Positions 30,665 to 40,269 of a stretch of 64,000 nucleotides of DNA are shown piece by piece. The DNA lies in NCBI GenBank assembly GCA_963739495.1, contig CAVUAM010000015.1, positions 39,367 through 103,366 of the forward strand. Direction: 5' to 3'. The position numbers and the translations under genes are program-made. Position 1 is the stretch's first letter; the number at the start of each line of letters is the position of its first letter. The notes under the pieces were generated by a model, which did not search any database, had not been told where the DNA came from, and saw nothing but the letters and a program-made list of their open reading frames with translations. This DNA is from Candidatus Bathyarchaeota archaeon. GTDB lineage: Archaea > Thermoproteota > Bathyarchaeia > Bathyarchaeales > Bathycorpusculaceae.

Positions 30665-31421
30665 GTGTTGGTGCCTCCATTGTGGTTATAAGCGGTTCAG
30701 TTTCTCCTATAGAAAAGATGAAATCCAGGATTGTTTGGCAACGTGCACCTTTTGAGTCTTCTATAGTTACTAGTGCTTGGCGGCGTTTTTTAGCTTCAGT
30801 CTTTTCAATTTCTACTATTTTGCCTTGTACGCCCATGTTTTTTCCGCCGGTGATTATAGCCAAGTTTCCTTCTTTTGTTCTTAGACTTTGAACTACTTGT
30901 TTTTCTGGATAAGTCACTTTAAGGATATCGAATGTTTCGTATGTGACTTCCTGCGGGTTTTTGGGGTCTGCGACTTTTATGAGTATGTTTGCTCCATTAT
31001 GGAGTGCGATCTGTACGCCATTATGGACAGGGGTTTTATCTTCAACTCTAACCAGTGTTGTGTTGGATTCTTCTTTGCCGATTGGAGCCAGAACTAATCC
31101 TTTGTGTGAGGGCAAAACGCGGTAGTATTTGTCCATCTCAGGTATTGAGATGACATCCATTAAGCCGACTGGAGAATCGTCTTTTTTGCGTATTTTACCG
31201 TTAACAAGCACTTTGTCTTGTGCAAGGATTAGCTGTCCTTCTTTGCGTGTTTGTGCAACACCAAGAATGTCCCTTAAAACTAACGTTAAAGGCAAACAGT
31301 TTTCGAGTGAATGTGAACCTGATGAGGGTTTCACTACCCACGGCAACTCTTTTCTGTGAATCGGCCAGAATGATGGAGCTGGCTTACGTTTCAGCCTTGA
31401 AGTTTTTCCTTTTTTACCCAT
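30657..31421 (-). CDS. rps4e: 30S ribosomal protein eS4
   Basis: LKRKPAP, PLTLVLRD, PVGLMDVI and GGKNMG motifs. Confidence 0.95.
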   Translation of the reverse strand: MGKKGKTSRLKRKPAPSFWPIHRKELPWVVKPSSGSHSLENCLPLTLVLRDILGVAQTRKEGQLILAQDKVLVNGKIRKKDDSPVGLMDVISIPEMDKYYRVLPSHKGLVLAPIGKEESNTTLVRVEDKTPVHNGVQIALHNGANILIKVADPKNPQEVTYETFDILKVTYPEKQVVQSLRTKEGNLAIITGGKNMGVQGKIVEIEKTEAKKRRQALVTIEDSKGARCQTILDFIFSIGETEPLITTMEAPTLV

Positions 31422-31423
31422 AT

Positions 31424-32152
31424 CTATTGTTCTCCTTTAGTTTTTTCAGAGACTTTTTTAGCCTTTGCTTTTGGTGTGGCTTCATTTTCCTCTGTCTTTT
31501 TTGCGGGCGCCTTCTTTGTTGGTGGTTTTTTGGCAACTAGAGCTTTTTCTTCTTTTGCTGGAACAACTTTCTCAGCGGCAAGTTTTTTGACTGCAGGTTT
31601 TACTGGTGCCTTTTCTGTTACTTTTTTTGCTGGTGCTTGCTCTTTTGCAACTTCAGGTTCCGCTTTTTCTTCGATGGATGTAACTTTAACTGGTTTTTCT
31701 TCTTTAACCTTGGCGGAGGTTTTTTCGGCTTTCTTTGCTGGTTTTGCCTTTGGTTTTTCGGCTTTTGCTGGTTTCACCACAGCCTTCTTTCTTTCTATGA
31801 TATTCTTGCGCCATTTATCGTCAAGGTTGAGGCTACGTATTTGAACCTTTGATGGGTGAACTGAAATGAAGATGTTTGTTCCGTCAACCTTTTCTCTTGT
31901 TAAACCTTCAAGGTATATACGGTAGGCTTTTAGGTCAACGCGAGATACTTTACCTTCAAAACCTTTATTATCGCCGCGCTTAATTTGGACCGTGTCGCCT
32001 TTTCTGACTGGAAGAGTTTTTACTCCTCTCGAGGCAGTTAGTTCTTTTGACAGGGGTGCAGCCATTAACTTGTGTCGTATGTGAGCTGGAGCATTAAAGA
32101 GTCTTTTTCTTTGTTTGCCAGGGTTCTTTAATCGTTTTGTATCTTGCATCAT
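31424..32152 (-). CDS. rpl24: 50S ribosomal protein uL24 with a ~120-aa K/A/E/P-rich tail
   Basis: PGKQRK, PVRKGDTV..KRG and VHPSKV motifs. Confidence 0.95.
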   Translation of the reverse strand: MMQDTKRLKNPGKQRKRLFNAPAHIRHKLMAAPLSKELTASRGVKTLPVRKGDTVQIKRGDNKGFEGKVSRVDLKAYRIYLEGLTREKVDGTNIFISVHPSKVQIRSLNLDDKWRKNIIERKKAVVKPAKAEKPKAKPAKKAEKTSAKVKEEKPVKVTSIEEKAEPEVAKEQAPAKKVTEKAPVKPAVKKLAAEKVVPAKEEKALVAKKPPTKKAPAKKTEENEATPKAKAKKVSEKTKGEQ

Positions 32153-32159
32153 TCTACAC

Positions 32160-32603
32160 CTACACTATTATGCTTGAGGCACTTGCGATTCTTGGCCAAC
32201 GTTCAGCTGCCTCTCTTGCCACTGGACCACGAATTTCTGAACCCTTCATTTCACCGTCAGGAGTAATGATTACTGCTGCGTTATCTTCGAATTGAACCCA
32301 AACTCCGTCGATGCGTCTGAAACATTTTCTTTGACGTACGATGACTGCTTGGAAAATCTTTTTTCGCATGTCTGGTGAGCCTTGGCGGACTGAAACAGTA
32401 ACTTTGTCACCTACTGTTGCAGATGGGTAACGTCTTAGTCGACCTTTATAGCCCATGGCTTGAATTAAACGCAGAACTCTTGCGCCTGTATTATCAGTAC
32501 ATTTCATTTCAGAGCCTGCTAATAATCCACGACTGATTTTCTGCCCGTGGGATAACATTCCTTTTGCTGTTAGGGCTCTCTGCTTTGCCTTCGCCGCACA
32601 CAT
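32160..32603 (-). CDS. rpl14: 50S ribosomal protein uL14
   Basis: DNTGA, AVIVRQR, FEDNAAVI and GPVARE motifs. Confidence 0.97.
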   Translation of the reverse strand: MCAAKAKQRALTAKGMLSHGQKISRGLLAGSEMKCTDNTGARVLRLIQAMGYKGRLRRYPSATVGDKVTVSVRQGSPDMRKKIFQAVIVRQRKCFRRIDGVWVQFEDNAAVIITPDGEMKGSEIRGPVAREAAERWPRIASASSIIV

Positions 32604-32604
32604 T

Positions 32605-32925
32605 TTACTTTTCCTCTCCTAATTTTTCAACAACAACAAAAGATACTGTTTTACTTACTGGTCTACACTCAGCAATTTTTACTCGGTCGCCTTCTTTTAC
32701 GCCGATACATGGCGGGTTGTGAGATGCGATGTGTCCATGTCTACGTTCGTAACGTACGAATTTTGAGGAGAACTGTAGGAATTCTCTGTCAACGATAACG
32801 GTTTTATCCATTTTTGCTGTCTGGACGATGCCTTCCAGTACACGTCCGCGAACGGCAAGTGTTCCATGGAATGGGCAATTTCGGTCGTCACAGGTCTTTT
32901 TGGGTTGCTTGAAATGCATCGACAT
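32605..32925 (-). CDS. rps17: 30S ribosomal protein uS17
   Basis: CDDRNCPFHG, YERR and ECRPVSKT motifs. Confidence 0.97.
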   Translation of the reverse strand: MSMHFKQPKKTCDDRNCPFHGTLAVRGRVLEGIVQTAKMDKTVIVDREFLQFSSKFVRYERRHGHIASHNPPCIGVKEGDRVKIAECRPVSKTVSFVVVEKLGEEK

Positions 32926-32926
32926 A

Positions 32927-33208
32927 TTACCATAACCTCTTTACGCTTTTCTTTAACCGGTCTTCAGATCTGCCGACTAAAAGTGAACCGTCAACCTCAA
33001 CTGTTGTGCCGTCGGCAAAACTAAAGTCGAAGGTTGCTAGATCTTTTATTACACTTTTTGGCTGACCCTGATGAATTAGAGTTAACGTGTTTTTTGTTTC
33101 TGCTACTACAGGACCTGCTAAACCAAGGTAGCCTGCATGGGTGCTTTGGGCGATTTTGGCTTGAGTGCCGATTAACTCGAATCGGATAATGTCAGGAGTT
33201 ATTTTCAT
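32927..33208 (-). CDS. rnp1: RNase P protein component 1 (Rpp29)
   Basis: ELIG, ETKNTL and VDGSLLVGRSEDRLKK; conserved position in the cluster. Confidence 0.9.
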   Translation of the reverse strand: MKITPDIIRFELIGTQAKIAQSTHAGYLGLAGPVVAETKNTLTLIHQGQPKSVIKDLATFDFSFADGTTVEVDGSLLVGRSEDRLKKSVKRLW

Positions 33209-33507
33209 TTAGAAACCTTCTCCTTAGCTGGTTTCTTTGCTTTGGGAGCTTCGACCGCTGGTTTTTCAGCTTTCTTTTCTTGCTTTTCCACTTTCTCTGC
33301 AGCAGGTTGTCTTATCCCAAGTTTCTTCTCGTTTTCAACTGTTAATATTTGAGCGATTGTTCGCCTTAGCTCTCTTATCCTTGTGGGGTTCTCTACGGCG
33401 CCGCCTGCATTAACCATGGTTCTGAATCGTGCTAGTTCAATGCGTAAATCTGCAAGTTTAGTTGCTCTATCCCCATTGGACAAAGCATTAATTTCTTTTA
33501 TTCGCAT
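33205..33507 (-). CDS. rpl29: 50S ribosomal protein uL29 with a K/A/E-rich tail
   Basis: GGAVENPTRIRELRRTIAQILT motif. Confidence 0.95.
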   Translation of the reverse strand: MRIKEINALSNGDRATKLADLRIELARFRTMVNAGGAVENPTRIRELRRTIAQILTVENEKKLGIRQPAAEKVEKQEKKAEKPAVEAPKAKKPAKEKVSK

Positions 33508-34274
33508 TATGCCTTTGCCTCCTCAGGTTTTGGTTCCGCCGCTGGTTTAGGTTCATCTGTGACTTCTTTTGCCTGCACAGCTGGTTCTGGCGCTGCTTCA
33601 GGTTTAACTTCAACTGGTGCTTGCGCGGGTGCTGCTAGAGTGGGTGCTGGTGCTGCGGCTATTGTTTCTTCCTCTGGAGCGGGTTTTACGATGGTAACTT
33701 TGTCTGGGAAGGATGCGTCTGGAGGCATGATTTTTACGCGTACACCTATAATGCCTGGTTTTAGCTGAACATGTGCTTCAGCTGTTTTCATGGCTCTTAA
33801 CGCTGGCTCTCCCACGATTGGGAAGTGACCTGCTTTGAATTTCTCAAAACGTGCGCGTTCGGTTGTGAGTTTGCCGCTAATTACTATCTCTGCGCCTAGT
33901 GCGCCTGCTTCCATAACTTGGTTTAGTGCCCAGAAACCTGCGCGTCTAAAGTGTACTCCTCGCTCGAGAGCTGAGGCAACGCGGTTTGCAACTACGTGGG
34001 CGTTGAATTCTGGAACTTCTATTTCCGAAACGGAAATTTGAGGATTGCCAACCTTGAAGTTTTGCTCTAAGGCTGAAGCGAGTTCTTTGATTGTTTCTCC
34101 GCCTCTCCCGATGACTAAGCCTGGGCGCATAGCGTAAATAACAACGTGTGTACCCAACGGGGTTTTGGACAGGTTTACTCCGCCGTAGCCTGCGCGTTCA
34201 AGCTTTTTCTGCAAAAACTCATCAATTTCTGTTCTTTTAATCGATTCGGTGATGAAACGTTTGACTATGCTCAT
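33507..34274 (-). CDS. rps3: 30S ribosomal protein uS3 with an A/P/E-rich tail
   Basis: RPGLVIGRGG, HFRRAG, GAEIVISGKL and GIIGVRVKIM motifs. Confidence 0.97.
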   Translation of the reverse strand: MSIVKRFITESIKRTEIDEFLQKKLERAGYGGVNLSKTPLGTHVVIYAMRPGLVIGRGGETIKELASALEQNFKVGNPQISVSEIEVPEFNAHVVANRVASALERGVHFRRAGFWALNQVMEAGALGAEIVISGKLTTERARFEKFKAGHFPIVGEPALRAMKTAEAHVQLKPGIIGVRVKIMPPDASFPDKVTIVKPAPEEETIAAAPAPTLAAPAQAPVEVKPEAAPEPAVQAKEVTDEPKPAAEPKPEEAKA

Positions 34275-34760
34275 TTATTGTTCTCCTTGGGTCGGTTTCT
34301 CTTCTAGGACTATTTCGACGTGTGTTGTTTTATCGAATTTTGGTGAGGCTCTGCCATGTGCTCTTGGCATGAAACGTTTAAGTTTGATTCCTTGGTATGC
34401 TGCTGCATGCATAATGCGGAGACGGTCAAGGTCTAAGCCTTTGTTTTCTGCGTTGGCTTGTGCTGCTTCGATAACATGGAGGATATGTTCAGCGGCTTTT
34501 ATTGGGAACCTGCCCACGCATCTGCCTTGCATTCCGCCTTTGTGTCCTAACTTTTTAGTGTATCGTGTATAAGGTACGGGTTTTTTCTTGACCATCACGT
34601 CGCGTAAAAACTCTTTAGATTGAACAAGATTCATGCCCTTAACAGCTTTGCAGATTTCACGTGCGGCTTTATGGGATACCTTTAGTTCTCTTCCGCTTGC
34701 TTTCGCTGTTTTTTCTGGATTGAGCATTTCTTCAATTATTGAGTATCCCCATTTTGGCAT
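34275..34760 (-). CDS. rpl22: 50S ribosomal protein uL22
   Basis: VSHKAAREIC, GRFPIKAA and PRAHGRA motifs. Confidence 0.95.
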   Translation of the reverse strand: MPKWGYSIIEEMLNPEKTAKASGRELKVSHKAAREICKAVKGMNLVQSKEFLRDVMVKKKPVPYTRYTKKLGHKGGMQGRCVGRFPIKAAEHILHVIEAAQANAENKGLDLDRLRIMHAAAYQGIKLKRFMPRAHGRASPKFDKTTHVEIVLEEKPTQGEQ

Positions 34761-35235
34761 TGTAATTTCTCCAGTGCGCATTCAAACACGTAAAAGCAAT
34801 TTATATGGCTTTCCGTATCACAACTAAGATTTTAGTCTAAAGTGACTAGACTGCTTGGTGTTCCTGCGAGGGAACTATTCGAACGCGTGAGGTGTACAGT
34901 TTGGGGATTGCGTTTAAGCATTTATAGTTTGCCCAAAAAAACTCGTAGAAAGCTCAAATTACCATAAACTACAACTCTCCCGAGAAGTTTACAATCCTTG
35001 TCAGGAAAAAATGGTTTAGAAAACATTCATAGAATAGAAAACAGATCCAGAGTGACACCAGAAAAAAACGAAATTAGAATTTAGAATTATGTGGGAATAT
35101 TCGCATTATTTATTCAGTCATAATGTTGTCCTACAGATTGTGTATGGAGAAATGTTCATTGACTTTTGCGATGTGTTTATTTTTAACGTTTAAGGTTATC
35201 TATTCCAGCCAATAATCTTAGGAGACAGCAAATCC

Positions 35236-36300
35236 ATGGAGAAAAACGGCAAAATAACCATGTTGCATGGCGCAGGCGGCTCGGTCATGCATGACCTGGT
35301 TAAGAACTACATAGTAAAATATTTTGGCGGCTTAGGGAACGATGCCGAGGTACCTTTGGAAGCCATGGATGACGCGGCTGTTATAGGCGACATAGTCTTC
35401 AAAAGTGACTCCCACGCAGTTAAGCCTATCTTCTTCCCGGGCGGCGACATCGGGCGCCTCTCTATCTCTGGCACTGTTAACGATATTTCCTGTTTGGGAG
35501 CTATGCCTTATGCGTTAGCTTGTGGGTTAATTTTGGAGGAGGGGTTGGCGCTATCAGATTTGGAGCGCATTCTAGCGTCTATGCGCAAGGCTTGTATCGA
35601 GGCTGGCGTAGGAGTTGTTACGGGGGATACGAAAGTTGTGGAAAAGGGCGCCTTAGGCGGCTGTGTCATGAACGTCTCAGGCATCGGCAAACGCACCCTA
35701 GCCCTTGATAGCAACCTTGCAGTTGTTAGGAAGTATCGGGAACTTAAAACCCGCTGGGCACTAGACTCCAACCTTGCGGTGGGCGACAAAATCATCTTGT
35801 CAGGCACCATCGGTGACCATGGCTTGGCGGTGCTCTCAGCTCAGCAGGGCTTGAAGTTTGGCAGCCAAATCCTGTCCGATGTGAAGCCGCTTAACCGCAT
35901 GATACAAAATATGTTAGGCAGCGTCGGCGGGGTTGTTGCCATGAAAGATCCCACCAGAGGAGGACTTGCTGATGCGCTTAATGAGTGGACCGAAAAATCT
36001 AAAATAGGCATTTTAATCCAAGAAGAAAAAATTCCTATCCACCAAGACGTACAAACCGCGTGTGAAATGCTTGGATTAGACCCGCTTGAAGTGGGCAACG
36101 AGGGTAAAATAATCATCGGAACAGTCCCGGAAAAAGCGCTGGAAATTCTGCAATTTCTAAGGCAAACATCCGAAGGTAAAGATGCTCAAATAATCGGCGA
36201 AACTACCACTCAATTCAAAGGCGTAGCGATGCAGACGATGGTTGGCGGGAAGAGAATAATTGCAAAGCCAATCGGCGACCCTGTGCCAAGAATCTGTTAA
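35236..36300 (+). CDS. hypE: Hydrogenase maturation protein HypE
   Basis: HGAGG, PIFFPGGDIG, TGDTKVV, DPTRGG and C-terminal PRIC. Confidence 0.95.
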   Translation: MEKNGKITMLHGAGGSVMHDLVKNYIVKYFGGLGNDAEVPLEAMDDAAVIGDIVFKSDSHAVKPIFFPGGDIGRLSISGTVNDISCLGAMPYALACGLILEEGLALSDLERILASMRKACIEAGVGVVTGDTKVVEKGALGGCVMNVSGIGKRTLALDSNLAVVRKYRELKTRWALDSNLAVGDKIILSGTIGDHGLAVLSAQQGLKFGSQILSDVKPLNRMIQNMLGSVGGVVAMKDPTRGGLADALNEWTEKSKIGILIQEEKIPIHQDVQTACEMLGLDPLEVGNEGKIIIGTVPEKALEILQFLRQTSEGKDAQIIGETTTQFKGVAMQTMVGGKRIIAKPIGDPVPRIC

Positions 36301-37385
36301 GCTTGGGCGGCTACATTTTTTGCCCAGACGCGGCAGGTACCTTCGCTGCTGACCATGCAGGCGCCGACAGGTTTGGCGGGTGTGCAGGTCTTCATGAATA
36401 GAGGGCACTCTTTGGGCTTAATTTTTCCGATGATTACCAAGTGGCATTCGCATCCGAAGTTGATGTCTCTTCCTTCTTTGATATGAACGTCGAATTTTTC
36501 TCTGGCATCAAACTCTTTTAGTGATTCGCGCAGTTGCAGGGCGGACTCTGGCAGTCTGCCTATGCCCCGCCAGTTCCCAGCAGTAACCGTAAAAGCTTTC
36601 TTCATTATTTCAATCGCCCGCGGATTTCCTTCAGGTTTGACCACACGTGAATACTCGTTTTCAAGCCGCGCATCGCTTTCCCTAACCTGTTTTAGGAGCA
36701 TATAGATACTCATCAACACGTCGTTAGGTTCAAAACCAGCTATAACTGTGGGCATACGATAAATGCGGGTGAATAATTCGTAGGGTTTTAAGCCAATGAT
36801 TGCGCTTACGTGCCCGGGTGCAATGAATCCGTCAATCTGCAAGTCACCGACCCCCAGCAAAAGCTCCATGGCGGGCGGAATTAGACGATGAGAAACTAGG
36901 AAGCTGAAGTTTTTTGGCAAATCGCCCAACGCCTCGACTGCGGTGATGGGTGCTGTGGTTTCAAAGCCAACCGCGGAGAATACAAATTCTTTTTTGGGTT
37001 CACGTTTAGCCATTTCAACCGCATCTGAAACCGCATAGACGATTCGGACGTCAGCACCAACCGATTTAGCCTCCAAAAGCGATGATTGGCTCCCGGGCAC
37101 CCGTAACACATCGCCAAAACAAGTTATCACAATGCCTTTCTGGGCTAACTGCACTGCCTCGTCGATTTCCGCGGCGGGAACAATACATACGGGGCAGCCT
37201 GGTCCAGCTATGACTTCAATGTTTTCAGGCAAGAGGCTGCGCAAGCCAAAGTGGGTTATGGTCCACTCGTGGGTTCCACAGACATGGCAAAGTTTGACTT
37301 GTCCCTTCTTTGGCGCCACAGTCTTGATTTTTTCGGCTATGTTGTGTGCGAGTTCTGGGTTTCGGAACTTGAGGTTCTGCGCCAT
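36297..37385 (-). CDS. hypD: Hydrogenase maturation protein HypD
   Basis: HVCGTHE, GPGCPVC, GFETT, PGHVS and GACMVSSEGTC motifs. Confidence 0.96.
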   Translation of the reverse strand: MAQNLKFRNPELAHNIAEKIKTVAPKKGQVKLCHVCGTHEWTITHFGLRSLLPENIEVIAGPGCPVCIVPAAEIDEAVQLAQKGIVITCFGDVLRVPGSQSSLLEAKSVGADVRIVYAVSDAVEMAKREPKKEFVFSAVGFETTAPITAVEALGDLPKNFSFLVSHRLIPPAMELLLGVGDLQIDGFIAPGHVSAIIGLKPYELFTRIYRMPTVIAGFEPNDVLMSIYMLLKQVRESDARLENEYSRVVKPEGNPRAIEIMKKAFTVTAGNWRGIGRLPESALQLRESLKEFDAREKFDVHIKEGRDINFGCECHLVIIGKIKPKECPLFMKTCTPAKPVGACMVSSEGTCRVWAKNVAAQA

Positions 37386-37402
37386 GATCTCAACTTGCCA
37401 GT

Positions 37403-37627
37403 TTATTCTCCAGCAGAAGCTAAAACGTCGTTCCAGAGGCTCAAGGTTTCTAAAGCTTCTTTTTCCTCCAAAACTTGAATGGCATAGCCCGCGTGAACCA
37501 GCACGTACATGCCGATTTTAGCATCAACAAGCGAAATGTTAACCTCACGCAAAACGCCCTGACCAAAGTCTACATTGGCTTTGGTACCTTCAAGGCTCAG
37601 AATCTTTGCAGGAATCGCTAAACACAT
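37403..37627 (-). CDS. hypC: Hydrogenase assembly chaperone HypC
   Basis: MCLAIPAK and YVLVHAGYAI motifs. Confidence 0.96.
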   Translation of the reverse strand: MCLAIPAKILSLEGTKANVDFGQGVLREVNISLVDAKIGMYVLVHAGYAIQVLEEKEALETLSLWNDVLASAGE

Positions 37628-37683
37628 AATAATCAGTCCAAATAAAACGCATCAAAGGGCGATAAAAACAGATTGGTCTATAA

Positions 37684-39960
37684 TTAGGAAAATCCAGCCA
37701 CAACTGCCTGACCAAAAGATATCCCGCCGTCACCAGCTGGAACCGCTTCATGGACAAAAAACCGCATCCCCGCAGCCTCAACCTCTCTTCGAATTAGCTG
37801 GGCAAGGATTTGATTGCAGGCTACTCCACCCGAAAAACCCACATCCTTGACGCCTTTTGCATTTGCGCCTTGAATTGCCAACGACCCTAAACCCTTTGCT
37901 AAATAAGCGTGGGCACTGTATGCTAAATCTATAGCAGAAACCTTACCTAAATTGCCAAAAACTTCTCGCATCAGGCAAGTTGTATCCAAAACATTACCCT
38001 TCACCTGAGGCTGAATCTTCAAAGTGTCCTTGCCAGCCAGCGCAATCGATTCCAGTTTCATGGCAGGCTCCCCCTCATAACTCCGCTCAAAACAAACGCC
38101 TAAAACCGCCGCTACCGCATCCAGAATCCGCCCGCAACTTGTCGTTTCAACGGCACCCTTGCCGACTTCAAGCTGTTGCAAGATTAGTTTAGCTTCGATT
38201 TCGCCATGAGGCAAATGCTTACTATTTTGCATTAACCATTCTTCAACGTTTACCCCCGCTTTTTTTAGTACCCCCGCTGCCAAACGCAAGGGGTAACGAC
38301 TTGCTAAGTCGCCGCCAATCAAGGGTTGAGCCTCCAAATGTCCAAGGCGAGCAAATTCCGCCGATTCCAAGCTACTATGAAGGATTTCGCCGCCCCATGC
38401 CCCACCGTCACTGCCGTAACCATAACCGTCACAAACAACAGTAACAATCTCATCTAAACCATGTTCCGCCATTAACGCCGCCGCATGTGCATGATGATGC
38501 TGAACCTGAATCAGCCCTAAACCATCCGTCTGTGCCATATCTTTCGCCATTAGGGTTGTGTTGAATTTAGGATGCAAATCGCAAGCTACCGTTTCAGCGT
38601 GGCAATTGGTTAGGCTATGAAGGTGGCGTGTGGCTTCTTGTAGGAAGAGTTGAGTTTCTATGTTTTCAACGTCCCCTATATGCTGGCTAATAAATGCTTT
38701 ATCCTGAAGTAGCACGCAGGACGTATTGTTTAGCTCTCCGCCCAAGCCCAAGACGCAACGTTTCGATTTTTGTTTAAGCTTAATTGGCGCGGGAGCGTAG
38801 CCTCTGCTTCGCCTAAGAAAAACTTGGTGGCTACCGTGAAGACGCATTACGGAGTCGTCGCAGCGGTGAGCGATTTTGCGGTCGTGAAATAGAAAATAAT
38901 CGACTGTTTCGCCGAGGATTTCGATGGCTGCCTCGTTGTCTTTTACTATGGGTTGGTTTGCTTGGTTGGCGCTGGTCATCACAAACGCTGTATCGCTAAC
39001 TTGGTCAAAGAGCATGTAATGCAAGCCAGTGTAGGGCAGCATAACGCCTACGTTGTGCAGATGTGGCGTAACCAACGGCGAAAGGTTGTAGCTTGGGCTC
39101 TTGTTTAGCAAGACAATTGGGCGTGCAGGAGATGTTAGAAGCTCCTGCTCCTTCGATCCCACTTCGGCGAAGGCTTTTGCGGCTTGGAGGCTCTTGACCA
39201 TGATGGCGAAGGGTTTTTCTTGTCTCTGCTTCGTGGCTCGAAGTCTAAGCAGGGGCTGCTCCAGCATGGTTGATGATGCAATGTGAAAGCCGCCGTAACC
39301 TTTTACAGAAAGAATACTGCCTTCTGAAAGCAACTTCCCAGCCATCCGCACAGGGTCTTTGGTTTGGATTACCTCGCCAGTATTTGTTGTCAAATACGCT
39401 TTGGGACCGCAAGTTGGGCACGCCACCGTCTGCGCTTGAAACCGCCTGTTCGATGGGTCCTCATACTCTTTTTGGCAAAAACCACACAGCGGAAACTCGC
39501 GCATGGTTGTGTTTTCCCGATCATATGGCAGGCGCTCGATGATTGTGAAGCGTGGACCGCAATCTGTGCAGGTAATGAAGAAGTATTCAAAGCGGGGGTC
39601 TTTGGGGTCGCGTAGTTCTTTGAGGCATTGGTTGCAGATGGCTATGTCGGGTGGGATGATTGAGCCTGAGGTTTCCGCTTCTTGGGAACTTTTGAAAATG
39701 GTGAATTGCTTGTATTCGTTTTTGCCTGAAAGCTCTATGTGGTTAATTTTTTCTATTTGGGCTAGGGGCGGCTTCTTTTCAGTTAAGTCGCGCATAAAAC
39801 TTTGGATTTTTTCTGCTTCCCCCTCAAGCAGCACTTCAACACCTGCGTCACTCCTGTTGCGCACATAACCTGTCAGGCCGTTGCGTACAGCTATGCGGTA
39901 GATGAATGGGCGAAAACCGACCCCTTGCACGATGCCTGTGACGCTGAGCTTGATACGCAA
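37684..39960 (-). CDS. hypF: Carbamoyltransferase HypF
   Basis: GIVQGVGFRPF, zinc fingers, QHHHAH and PAGDGGISFGQ motifs. Confidence 0.97.
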   Translation of the reverse strand: MRIKLSVTGIVQGVGFRPFIYRIAVRNGLTGYVRNRSDAGVEVLLEGEAEKIQSFMRDLTEKKPPLAQIEKINHIELSGKNEYKQFTIFKSSQEAETSGSIIPPDIAICNQCLKELRDPKDPRFEYFFITCTDCGPRFTIIERLPYDRENTTMREFPLCGFCQKEYEDPSNRRFQAQTVACPTCGPKAYLTTNTGEVIQTKDPVRMAGKLLSEGSILSVKGYGGFHIASSTMLEQPLLRLRATKQRQEKPFAIMVKSLQAAKAFAEVGSKEQELLTSPARPIVLLNKSPSYNLSPLVTPHLHNVGVMLPYTGLHYMLFDQVSDTAFVMTSANQANQPIVKDNEAAIEILGETVDYFLFHDRKIAHRCDDSVMRLHGSHQVFLRRSRGYAPAPIKLKQKSKRCVLGLGGELNNTSCVLLQDKAFISQHIGDVENIETQLFLQEATRHLHSLTNCHAETVACDLHPKFNTTLMAKDMAQTDGLGLIQVQHHHAHAAALMAEHGLDEIVTVVCDGYGYGSDGGAWGGEILHSSLESAEFARLGHLEAQPLIGGDLASRYPLRLAAGVLKKAGVNVEEWLMQNSKHLPHGEIEAKLILQQLEVGKGAVETTSCGRILDAVAAVLGVCFERSYEGEPAMKLESIALAGKDTLKIQPQVKGNVLDTTCLMREVFGNLGKVSAIDLAYSAHAYLAKGLGSLAIQGANAKGVKDVGFSGGVACNQILAQLIRREVEAAGMRFFVHEAVPAGDGGISFGQAVVAGFS

Positions 39961-40058
39961 AGACTAAACCTTAACTTAACTGAGAACCAAGGTTTTCTCT
40001 TATACATTTCGAAAAATAAGCGGTAAACCTTAAACCAAACAATTTCCCATAAAGATGT

Positions 40059-40265
40059 ATGAAGTGGGTTACGTTCGCTGTTGCCTTTCTTTTAACTGCC
40101 GCCTTAGTTATAGTAGGCGTCGCCCTTTATCCGGAAGTTTTGGGGAAAGCGGCAACTGCCAACAACGATTTTGTTTTCGCGTTCTTTTTGGGTCCCTTCT
40201 TTGTTGTTTTGTTTTTTGCTTGGATGGGAGAAAAAGTAGTGTTAGGCTTTGGAAGAAAAAAAGTG
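40059..40265 (+). CDS. Small two-TM membrane protein
   Basis: Two hydrophobic helices; probable true stop TGA at 40263-40265 if the A-run has one extra A. Confidence 0.5.
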
Positions 40266-40269
40266 ATTT

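Noticed and set aside
27139-31852. Long antisense ORFs over r-protein genes
   Set aside because: Shadows of the low-complexity sense-strand coding sequence
35236-39960. hyp cluster as a novel system (hypE convergent on hypD; no hypAB or hydrogenase genes)
   Set aside because: All four proteins are canonical, and dispersed hyp genes are common in archaea
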